Virus record (IMG/VR): IMGVR_UViG_643348547_000010
Span: 1-45,905 of that record
Reading direction: 5' to 3' (one strand)
Source: a virus
Taxonomy: Duplodnaviria > Heunggongvirae > Uroviricota > Caudoviricetes
Length of the DNA stretch: 45,905 nt
Shown piece after piece: positions 10,338 to 18,884 of this stretch. The translations under genes and the position numbers were made by a program. How positions within the stretch are numbered: the first letter of the stretch is position 1; each line of letters opens with the position of its first letter. The notes beneath the pieces were generated by a model. It was given only the letters and a program-made list of their open reading frames with translations. It had not been told where the DNA came from and ran no database searches.

Positions 10338-10994
10338 ATGAACGCTCAACTCATCCCCGTATTCAACGGCACTATCGCCAACGAAACCACTCTTCTCGTT
10401 AATGCTCGCGATTTACATACTTTTCTTGGGGTAGGTAAACGCTTTGCATCGTGGATTACAGAACGCATTGCTGAATATGGTTTCGTTGAAAATCAGGACT
10501 ATATTTTGGTTTCCCCAAATCGGGAAATCAAAGGTCGAGGAGGCGATCGCCGTAGCAAAGACTATCACCTCACCCTCGATACGGCCAAAGAAACTGCGAT
10601 GGTCGAGCGCAACGAAAAAGGCCGCCAGATACGCCGATACTTCATTGAATGCGAGAAACGTTTAAGACAACAAGAAACAAAGGTGGAGAAGGTCTTGTCA
10701 GGCTTCATGCCCGCCATTATGGAGGCGATCAAACTGGAAGACAAAAAAGAATACAGTGCCCCACTGAAGCCAGGCTACCGTAGCCTGATTCATTCGCCGT
10801 CTGGTGTTCTCGGCCTGACGGAGAACTCACTGCTGATGAATCTGCTGAACCAGTTGCAGGAAGACGGGCACGATGTATCGGGCGCGGCGGCGGAACTGAC
10901 CACCATGTTCTGCTACATCGTCGGTGTGAGCAAATGCCTGCGTGATATCCAGACGCACGCGGAGTACATCAACGACAAGGCAGGATTCTTCTGA
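10338..10994 (+). CDS. Antirepressor, AntA-like N-terminal domain plus C-terminal domain
   Basis: N-terminal DLHTFLGVGKRFASWITERIAEYGFVENQDYIL pattern typical of AntA/AntB-type antirepressors; RBS GGAG upstream. Confidence 0.7.
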   Translation: MNAQLIPVFNGTIANETTLLVNARDLHTFLGVGKRFASWITERIAEYGFVENQDYILVSPNREIKGRGGDRRSKDYHLTLDTAKETAMVERNEKGRQIRRYFIECEKRLRQQETKVEKVLSGFMPAIMEAIKLEDKKEYSAPLKPGYRSLIHSPSGVLGLTENSLLMNLLNQLQEDGHDVSGAAAELTTMFCYIVGVSKCLRDIQTHAEYINDKAGFF

Positions 10995-11039
10995 CAGAAC
11001 GGCGGCACAGGGATGTGCCTTTAAATAATTCTGTACAGA

Positions 11040-11068
11040 TTGCAGACTGGGGGTGAATAGCGTACTAT
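11040..11068 (+). promoter_or_regulatory. Sigma70-like promoter TTGCAG-N17-TACTAT
   Basis: Hexamers at 11040-11045 and 11063-11068; site C begins 27 bp after the -35 start. Confidence 0.4.
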
Positions 11069-11083
11069 TACCTCACGGGTGAT
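11067..11083. promoter_or_regulatory. Operator-like 17-bp palindrome (site C)
   Basis: ATTACCTCACGGGTGAT. Confidence 0.45.
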
Positions 11084-11119
11084 CCATAGCGATTAGGCAC
11101 CGATACAGGAGGAGCCCAC

Positions 11120-11152
11120 ATGAGAAAATTTGACGAGTACGAAGGCGTTTAA
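11120..11152 (+). other. Mini-ORF (10 codons, MRKFDEYEGV) with strong Shine-Dalgarno, between two operator sites
   Basis: AGGAGGA at 11107-11113, ATG at 11120, stop TAA at 11150-11152. Confidence 0.25.
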
Positions 11153-11167
11153 CATTCGGATAGTTCA

Positions 11168-11184
11168 TTTACCCTAATGGTAAA
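11168..11184. promoter_or_regulatory. Operator-like 17-bp palindrome (site D)
   Basis: TTTACCCTAATGGTAAA. Confidence 0.5.
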
Positions 11185-11223
11185 TCCCGCTTAAAGAAGC
11201 ATCTATATATTATGAGGTGATGT

Positions 11224-11859
11224 ATGCCACAACAACTGCTGAATCCGGCAAAGGTAACTGAGGTTTTCGCTCATCTGAACGAAACTCCAGACAACCGCGC
11301 CCTGTATTCAGAGTTAGTGAACGGCAACGATGTCACATCTGATGTCAAAGGCGTTTCTCTGGCTCCTGGATACCGCGTTGTCCGTGTAGACGATCGTAAG
11401 AAAGGCGAGATTCCACAGGCGCACTTTGAACTGTCATTGATAAATGACCTCACCGAAGAGGTAGTGTATTACAATCGTGTCATTATCCAGCCTGACAGCT
11501 ATCTTAACTGCCGTCCTGTCACGCAGATATTGGTATGGAGAACCCAGAAGCCTAAGCATCGTGCTGTGCTTCATGATTTCGCCGGCATCATCTTCATGAA
11601 CTACCTCTTGGAACGGTACGATATCATCGTGTCAGATCGCAACCAGACTCATGAAGGCATGTCGTTCTGGCAGGCTCGCATGTATGACGCACTGGAACTT
11701 GGCCTCCACCTCTATGGTTACGACATGATGACATGCGAGCTGATAGAGATGAATAACGAGGAAGAGCTTGAGAAAGGTGAAACCTGGTTGTGGGGTGATG
11801 CGGAAAACTTCCAAAACAGATTGGCCATAATTTCAAAGCATAAGCTGCCAATAAAATAG
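11224..11859 (+). CDS. Hypothetical protein (accessory gene in antirepressor island)
   Basis: 211-aa ORF with RBS (GAGGTGA), followed by a strong terminator; no family recognised. Confidence 0.6.
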   Translation: MPQQLLNPAKVTEVFAHLNETPDNRALYSELVNGNDVTSDVKGVSLAPGYRVVRVDDRKKGEIPQAHFELSLINDLTEEVVYYNRVIIQPDSYLNCRPVTQILVWRTQKPKHRAVLHDFAGIIFMNYLLERYDIIVSDRNQTHEGMSFWQARMYDALELGLHLYGYDMMTCELIEMNNEEELEKGETWLWGDAENFQNRLAIISKHKLPIK

Positions 11860-11865
11860 TTCTTT

Positions 11866-11888
11866 AAGCCCGCGGCGCGGGCTTTTTT
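11866..11888 (+). terminator. Intrinsic terminator
   Basis: AAGCCCGCGGCGCGGGCTTTTTT. Confidence 0.7.
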
Positions 11889-11961
11889 GTGTCTGCGGAT
11901 TCCCGCCCGGGTGGCGGTGGCATTCGTTAAAAACAAGGCCGCGAAAGCGGCCTGTGACATG

Positions 11962-12342
11962 TCACGCAACGCAATTATTACCGCGCCATGTAACATTTTT
12001 AATAATCTTATCAGCACCAAACTCAACGTAAACAGAGCAACTGAAATGGAGTGTATAACCGCCATCAGTTGTTGCGTATGTGTTTGAATATATAGTATTA
12101 CCAATTAGATTAGACGTAGTATTATACGTTGTGGTTTGTGGTACGTTATAACTACCAGAGCTTGAGTAAACATACACTCTGTTTCCATCTGGAGATGTAA
12201 GCTCTCCCTGAGGATACCCCCACTGCTGAACCATTGCGTCTATACTCTGCCCGCGCCACGTAAGCATATTTCTTTCAAACTGTGCAGCTGACTGGCATCC
12301 AACGAGAAGCATAAATCCAAAAATCAAAAATACTTTTCTCAT
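11962..12342 (-). CDS. Lipoprotein (possible superinfection-exclusion type accessory gene)
   Basis: Start at MRKVFLIFGFMLLVGCQSAA (lipobox LLVGC); Ser/Thr/Asn-rich mature part. Confidence 0.55.
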   Translation of the reverse strand: MRKVFLIFGFMLLVGCQSAAQFERNMLTWRGQSIDAMVQQWGYPQGELTSPDGNRVYVYSSSGSYNVPQTTTYNTTSNLIGNTIYSNTYATTDGGYTLHFSCSVYVEFGADKIIKNVTWRGNNCVA

Positions 12343-12389
12343 AATTACCCCTATCATGGAAAAACAGCACCAATCCACAAATTAACTAG

Positions 12390-12578
12390 TTATTTTATTA
12401 TTCTTCCGAACAATACAATTCCGAATACTACAAAGCCGAACCATGCCGCTGCACGCAACAGAGATTCCAATTGAAACCCATTTTTATCAAAATGTATGAA
12501 TAGCATAAAAACGCTGCACATATTAGTACAATAAAAGTTATTTGAACCATCATATCTCCTTTTATTGCGGAGTGACAT
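12390..12578 (-). CDS. Small hypothetical protein with C-terminal hydrophobic segment
   Basis: 62-aa ORF only; overlaps the end of the upstream gene. Confidence 0.3.
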   Translation of the reverse strand: MSLRNKRRYDGSNNFYCTNMCSVFMLFIHFDKNGFQLESLLRAAAWFGFVVFGIVLFGRIIK

Positions 12579-14232
12579 CCTGTGGTCGCCACCAGTATGT
12601 CTGGTTAAACTCTTTCTTCGAACGTTGCTCCATTTTACGCAAATAGCCTGGTGAAAAATACTCCTGCATCTGGTTAAAGATCATGTGATCGAGAGCCGCC
12701 TTCAAGTACCAGAGATTCGCACCAGGCATCAAACCTTTCCCCAGCTTCACCAGATCACCACCAGTCTGCTCACTCTTCCCTTCCACAGCATTTAACGGTA
12801 TGCCCTGAGCAATCTTCACTACGTCATCAACCAGACCAGCTACCGGGCCAAGCATCGACGCCAGCGCGCCGCTTCCGTACCTAGTGTGATCTGACAATAA
12901 AAAGTCACCGTAAAGGCCAAGACCACCACCTTTCAGTAGAGCACCAAGCCAGAATTTTGCGGCATCTTCTCCTGTCATCTCTCGAGGATTACGACCAGAC
13001 GCAAGGTCGTTAAGTTGCTGCGACAAAGCGCCAAGAATGGTCGTACTGGCAATAAACGTCGCAATATATGCCGCACGCCCACCAGCAGACGGCATACCCA
13101 TAGCGCGTGACCAGTGACGCATAACAACCGAGATAGGGAACGATTTAAACAGGAAAACACTTCTCGTTAATTCACCTTTCCATGTTCCACGCTGAATACC
13201 AGAACCGGTTATCAGTTGCTCACGTGCTCCCGGTGTAATAACAGCCATATCAACTTCTTCAGTTACGGCACCGAGCAGTTTACGCATTGCCTCAAATTTC
13301 ACGCGTTCAGGCTCACCAAGATGTTTAACTGCTGAATCAGGGATACGCATAATGCTTTCCGGTGTCAGCATCGTATTATTACCGTTCCCCCAGTCCTCCT
13401 GTTTCGCCAGCTTCCATACGCTCCAGTCTGTGTCAGTAATCCCTTTGCTTTTCAGGATACGAAAATCAGAGTCATCGAGGCTACGAAGGTCTGGTGTCCG
13501 TGACACTACTTCTCCCAGGCTTCCCATCATGGTTACGCCATAGGCGCGCTTGTGCGCATCTGACCATGCTGTAAGCCCACTGGCACGCATTACCGCCGTT
13601 GCCGCCCAACGAGACACTGACGGCCCCATATTATCCATCGCCCAGCGGTTAACGCTGCCAAGTAGAGATTCCATCGCCAGACCAGCGCGGCGCGCCCGCG
13701 CAAGTTCTGTACGGTTCGTTGGGTCCATAGCTTCAAGCTGGTTGCGGAATAACTGGTTCATTGGAAGGTTGGTAACCTTCGCAGACAGATACATGGTTCC
13801 AAGATCAGAGAACGATGACAGCAACGCGGATCCGAGTCTGCTGGCAACCAGCCAGTTGCGGATATTGTCAGACCATCGCGCGATGTGCGGATTCGCTACA
13901 GGCTGTGTCTTTCCGGAAATAAAGTTGTACAGATTCTCTGTGTTGTTCGCCAGCCGCTCGACTTTACCGGTTTTACTCGGGTTAGCTGTTGCCGTTTCTG
14001 CCTTCACCTGATCAAGAAGAGAGCGGAAAACATGATCGGGGTTTGGGCCATATGTTTCCACCAGTGCAATATCTTTACTGATACCTTCCAGGTGACCGAC
14101 CATGATTTCCCATAGAGAGCGATCGCCATAAAGTTGCTGATATTGCAGATAGGAATCTGCATCTTTGAAATGTATCTGTCGTGATGCATTACCACGGTTA
14201 GCACGTGCGCCGGAAATTCGCATTCCGGTATC
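12562..14232 (-). pseudogene. Internal virion (ejection/core) protein gene, C-terminal portion, separated from its 5' part by IS629 copies
   Basis: 557 codons of phage sequence downstream of IS629 left end; the track ORF (12562-14325) starts inside the IS. Confidence 0.7.
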
Positions 14233-14286
14233 TGAACCGCCCCGGGAATCCTGGAGACTAAACTTCCTGAGAAAGAGGTAAACAGG

Positions 14287-14613
14287 ATGACTAAAAATAC
14301 TCGTTTTTCCCCCGAAGTCCGTCAACGGGCAGTCCGTATGGTTCTGGAAAGTCAGAGCGAATATGACTCACAATGGGCGACAATTTGTTCCATTGCTCCA
14401 AAGATTGGCTGTACGCCGGAGACTCTGCGTGTCTGGGTTCGCCAGCATGAGCGGGATACCGGGGGCGGTGATGGAGGGCTCACCACCGCTGAACGTCAGC
14501 GTCTGAAAGAGCTGGAACGTGAAAATCGTGAACTGCGCCGCAGTAACGATATCCTTCGCCAGGCTTCCGCTTATTTTGCGAAGGCGGAGTTCGACCGCCT
14601 CTGGAAAAAATGA
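14287..14613 (+). CDS. IS629 OrfA
   Basis: 108-aa ORF, same protein as 422-748 apart from one residue. Confidence 0.9.
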   Translation: MTKNTRFSPEVRQRAVRMVLESQSEYDSQWATICSIAPKIGCTPETLRVWVRQHERDTGGGDGGLTTAERQRLKELERENRELRRSNDILRQASAYFAKAEFDRLWKK

Positions 14614-15500
14614 TGCCACTGCTGGATAAGCTGCGTGAGCAGTACGGGGTCGGACCGCTATGCAGCGAACTGCATATTGCCCCGTCAACGTATTACCACT
14701 GTCAGCAACAGCGACATCATCCGGATAAACGCAGTGCCCGTGCGCAGCGCGATGACTGGCTGAAGAAAGAGATACAGCGCGTATACGATGAAAATCACAA
14801 GGTATACGGTGTGCGTAAAGTCTGGCGTCAGTTGTTACGGGAAGGTATCAGAGTGGCCAGATGCACTGTGGCACGTCTCATGGCGGTTATGGGACTTGCC
14901 GGTGTTCTCCGGGGTAAAAAGGTCCGTACGACCATCAGCCGGAAAGCCGTTGCCGCAGGCGACCGCGTAAACCGTCAGTTCGTGGCAGAACGACCTGACC
15001 AGCTGTGGGTGGCTGATTTTACTTACGTCAGCACATGGCGGGGCTTCGTCTATGTGGCGTTCATCATTGATGTGTTTGCCGGATACATCGTGGGGTGGCG
15101 GGTCTCATCGTCCATGGAAACGACATTCGTGCTGGATGCACTGGAGCAGGCGTTATGGGCCCGTCGACCGTCCGGCACGGTCCATCACAGTGATAAAGGT
15201 TCTCAGTATGTATCGCTGGCCTACACACAGCGGCTTAAGGAAGCCGGATTACTGGCATCAACAGGAAGTACAGGCGACTCGTATGACAACGCGATGGCGG
15301 AGAGCATCAATGGTCTTTACAAAGCGGAGGTAATACACCGTAAGAGCTGGAAAAACCGTGCAGAAGTGGAACTGGCCACACTCACGTGGGTGGACTGGTA
15401 TAACAATCGACGATTGCTGGAAAGGCTGGGCCATACTCCTCCGGCAGAAGCAGAAAAAGCTTATTATGCTTCCATCGGAAACGATGATCTGGCAGCCTGA
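14610..15500 (+). CDS. IS629 OrfB (DDE transposase catalytic part)
   Basis: 296-aa ORF overlapping orfA in the -1 frame as in IS3-family elements. Confidence 0.9.
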   Translation: MMPLLDKLREQYGVGPLCSELHIAPSTYYHCQQQRHHPDKRSARAQRDDWLKKEIQRVYDENHKVYGVRKVWRQLLREGIRVARCTVARLMAVMGLAGVLRGKKVRTTISRKAVAAGDRVNRQFVAERPDQLWVADFTYVSTWRGFVYVAFIIDVFAGYIVGWRVSSSMETTFVLDALEQALWARRPSGTVHHSDKGSQYVSLAYTQRLKEAGLLASTGSTGDSYDNAMAESINGLYKAEVIHRKSWKNRAEVELATLTWVDWYNNRRLLERLGHTPPAEAEKAYYASIGNDDLAA

Positions 15501-15542
15501 GTTCACAGATAAAACACTCTCCAGGAAACCCGGGGCGGTTCA

Positions 15543-15896
15543 GTCGCCTGCGGCAACGGCTTTCCGGCTGATGGTCGTACGGACCTTTTTACCCCGGAGA
15601 ACACCGGCAAGTCCCATAACCGCCATGAGACGTGCCACAGTGCATCTGGCCACTCTGATACCTTCCCGTAACAACTGACGCCAGACTTTACGCACACCGT
15701 ATACCTTGTGATTTTCATCGTATACGCGCTGTATCTCTTTCTTCAGCCAGTCATCGCGCTGCGCACGGGCACTGCGTTTATCCGGATGATGTCGCTGTTG
15801 CTGACAGTGGTAATACGTTGACGGGGCAATATGCAGTTCGCTGCATAGCGGTCCGACCCCGTACTGCTCACGCAGCTTATCCAGCAGTGGCATCAT
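15543..15896 (-). pseudogene. IS629 orfB, truncated
   Basis: Encodes first 117 aa of OrfB then runs into the neighbouring IS end. Confidence 0.8.
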
Positions 15897-16219
15897 TTTT
15901 TCCAGAGGCGGTCGAACTCCGCCTTCGCAAAATAAGCGGAAGCCTGGCGAAGGATATCGTTACTGCGGCGCAGTTCACGATTTTCACGTTCCAGCTCTTT
16001 CAGACGCTGACGTTCAGCGGTGGTGAGCCCTCCATCACCGCCCCCGGTATCCCGCTCATGCTGGCGAACCCAGACACGCAGAGTCTCCGGCGTACAGCCA
16101 GTCTTTGGAGCAATGGAACAAATTGTCGCCCATTGTGAGTCATATTCGCTCTGACTTTCCAGAACCATACGGACTGCCCGTTGACGGACTTCGGGGGAAA
16201 AACGAGTATTTTTAGTCAT
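15893..16219 (-). CDS. IS629 OrfA (in truncated copy)
   Basis: 108-aa ORF matching the other orfA copies. Confidence 0.85.
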   Translation of the reverse strand: MTKNTRFSPEVRQRAVRMVLESQSEYDSQWATICSIAPKTGCTPETLRVWVRQHERDTGGGDGGLTTAERQRLKELERENRELRRSNDILRQASAYFAKAEFDRLWKK

Positions 16220-16273
16220 CCTGTTTACCTCTTTCTCAGGAAGTTTAGTCTCCAGGATTCCCGGGGCGGTTCA

Positions 16274-17076
16274 GTAAGCTTATTCAGCCCACCAGTAGCG
16301 ATCGTGTTATAAGCCTCTCCAAGAAATGAAGACAACTCGGCATCGTTCATCAGTTGTCCATCGGCTCGGATATAATATTTGCGATCCAGCTTACCTATAA
16401 CATCGCTAACCCACTTATCCTTTGATACTGCCCCAACCTTTTCCATAGAATGATGTTGAGGGATCCCCCAGTTTTCGAGATAGCCAATGTCCCCACCAGC
16501 ATCATTAAACCGGCGGCGCAGCAGCTCTGTAACTTCTCTCCACGCCTTAGCACCGTTTCTTGCTTTAGCATTGCCAGTATTTTGCCCCCGCATTTCATAT
16601 ACCAGGTCACGTACGCCCGCTTCATCTTCAAACAGACCAAAAAAGCGAGGATCAACTGCTTCGAATGCCTCCTGCAATTGACTCAATGCATAATCACGGG
16701 TGGCTTTTGTTCTGGATTCAACAGAGAGGAAATTAGATTTACCGTCTGCATTAAAAGCTATAGTACGGTTAAGAGCGCCAAGTTTCCCATCAGCCCCTTG
16801 ATAGCTATTGATAAATTTATCCAATCTCTGACGTGCGGCTATAGTGAGAGCCACACGACGTTTCTTTAATGTCGCTTCTCGCTGTAATTCTTCAGATGCC
16901 AATTGTGCTGCACGATACAACCGTTCTGATTCGGAAAGTTGTCGCCACGACATCGGGTCATCACGAGCAATGGAGCGCATATTTCGATAAATGCGGTCTT
17001 CAATGTTCTGTATTTCTCGCGCCGTTAACGTGCGCTGCGCCGCCTGCTGGACCGCTTGTATACATTCCTGTCTCAT
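16274..17076 (-). pseudogene. Internal virion (ejection/core) protein gene, N-terminal portion, truncated by IS629
   Basis: Track ORF 16225-17076 reads from phage sequence into the IS end (last 16 residues IS-derived). Confidence 0.7.
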
Positions 17077-17081
17077 TTAAT

Positions 17082-18884
17082 TTAACCTCTCAAGAAACAC
17101 GCCACAGCAACATCAAACAGGCTGGAATCCTGTATTGCCTGCTCACTTTCCCTGTTCGCTTCATCCAGTACTTCACGCGCACTGCGCGATTGTGGATTAC
17201 CATCATCATCCAGCACGGTGATTATCATGTCCGGAGATTCAAGCAGCGAGTCTTCAGCTATACGCAGATCAATATCTCCTGCCGGATCTGCCATCATTTT
17301 TTGTTCTGTCTGTTGCAATATCTTACCGGGCTCAAAAGGAGCTACTTCGTCTGGCGTCCTGACCTCTGCTGTTTTATAGAATGAAACAGCCTGAGCATTA
17401 AGTTCACTTTCTGCCTGCTGTCGTCGTGCCAGTTCTGCTCGAGCTTCAAAAAACTGACCTCCAGGCTCGTGCGGCGCCAACGCGTTACGGGAAAATTCCA
17501 GGCGTTCTTGTGCCTGCCGGATTCGTTGGTCAATATCGCGAATTCTGGCCTGTTTATCTGATCGAGCACGAGACAAAGCTTTACCGCTACCAGTTGGCTC
17601 TTCTGCAAGAATTTGTGCGCGCTGTTCAGTGAGATTGTCGATAATTCGTTGGCTATTAGCGATTTCAGACTGGTAAACCTGTCTATCGCCACGCGACAAA
17701 AGCTGCGCGGCCTGTTCTTCAAGCAACCGATTTTCTATAGCGCGCGCCGTTTTTCCATCATCTACAGATGACAGAGCCTCATTAACTGCCTGAGAAAGCA
17801 GACTCTTGTGCCCAGGGATTTCACTGAAAGATGCAGACTCAACAATGCTGGCAACGTCTACAGGTCTCCCCTGGCTAACATCAGACATGGCTTTTCGCAG
17901 AGCCTGAATGTGAGAATTACGCGAAAGCACGTTGATCGGCACGCCAGGAGCAATATCAATTTCAGCATGATGAGCGGCATTCGCCGCCAGTGCAGCATCG
18001 ATATCAACTGGTGAAAAATTTGGTGCGCTTGTAGACTCGCCGCGAGAGTTAATAAATCTGCCGACACCACCAAACGCCACCCCAAGAACAGCATCAATAG
18101 CAATTGCCTGTCGATCCAACACATCATACTGGTTAGCCATTTCGCTATAGCCACCATCACGAAGCGTTTTTGCAGTAAGCCCACGCTGTGCCATACCGAA
18201 CGCAATATTTGTACCTGCGGCATAGGCAATATCTGGCGTTGCACGTACTGCTGTTGCTGCGGCGCGTCGCACTGAACTTTCACCCGTCCGCGCAAGCTGA
18301 GCCGCCACACCTTCCGCCAGCGCACCACCAGCACGTAACCCGAGGCTCATAGGGATCAGTGTTCCGGCACCAGCAGTAATACCCTGCACTAATCCCGCTT
18401 CCTGCGCCGTCCTGAAATCAACACCCTGTGCTGTAAGCCGTTCAAACTCAGAAAAACCCTGTAGAGAAGTTACCGCCGCAGCACCTCCGACCGGACCACC
18501 GAGCGTTGTACCGACAACAGCCTGCCCGCCCATATCGAACAACCCATAAAGGACCTGCCCGGCGGTTCCGGTTGTCGCGGCATCAGGCGTCAGCCGCTTA
18601 ACCTGCTGCTCTGCTAGTTTTCTCTGCTCAGCAATGTATGAAACTGAAGTGTCATTGATCGAGGTGTTTTCGTTAACAAACTGAGCAATCGGGGATACGA
18701 TTTTATCCATCCCTGCCCATAGCAACTGATCTGGCTTTGCCACCAGCCCGGAGTACAAACCAGACAATGCCGCTCCTACAGCATTGTCGAAAAAACCAAC
18801 ATCGCTGTTAAAGCCAGCTGGATTTGATGCTGCTTCGTCAAGCTGCTGATTCTGGTTTACTGGATTAAGGCCAAAGTAACTCAT
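17082..18884 (-). CDS. Internal virion protein (Gly/Ala-rich, coiled-coil C-terminal half)
   Basis: 600-aa ORF in the gp14/15/16-like block between nozzle and tail fibre genes. Confidence 0.65.
   Translation of the reverse strand: MSYFGLNPVNQNQQLDEAASNPAGFNSDVGFFDNAVGAALSGLYSGLVAKPDQLLWAGMDKIVSPIAQFVNENTSINDTSVSYIAEQRKLAEQQVKRLTPDAATTGTAGQVLYGLFDMGGQAVVGTTLGGPVGGAAAVTSLQGFSEFERLTAQGVDFRTAQEAGLVQGITAGAGTLIPMSLGLRAGGALAEGVAAQLARTGESSVRRAAATAVRATPDIAYAAGTNIAFGMAQRGLTAKTLRDGGYSEMANQYDVLDRQAIAIDAVLGVAFGGVGRFINSRGESTSAPNFSPVDIDAALAANAAHHAEIDIAPGVPINVLSRNSHIQALRKAMSDVSQGRPVDVASIVESASFSEIPGHKSLLSQAVNEALSSVDDGKTARAIENRLLEEQAAQLLSRGDRQVYQSEIANSQRIIDNLTEQRAQILAEEPTGSGKALSRARSDKQARIRDIDQRIRQAQERLEFSRNALAPHEPGGQFFEARAELARRQQAESELNAQAVSFYKTAEVRTPDEVAPFEPGKILQQTEQKMMADPAGDIDLRIAEDSLLESPDMIITVLDDDGNPQSRSAREVLDEANRESEQAIQDSSLFDVAVACFLRG

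Larger units (their letters stand above)
14233..15542 (+). mobile_element. IS629, complete 1310-bp copy
   Basis: Terminal inverted repeats TGAACCGCCCCGGG / CCCGGGGCGGTTCA, orfA and orfB intact. Confidence 0.9.
15543..16273 (-). mobile_element. IS629, truncated inverted copy (IS positions 1-731)
   Basis: Reverse complement matches 14233-14963 of the full copy; abuts the right end of the full copy with no intervening sequence. Confidence 0.85.

Noticed and set aside
9568-11223. LexA (SOS) box upstream of the antirepressor genes
   Set aside because: No CTGT-N8-ACAG type sequence found by eye; the recurring palindrome is ATTACC-N5-GGTAAT instead.
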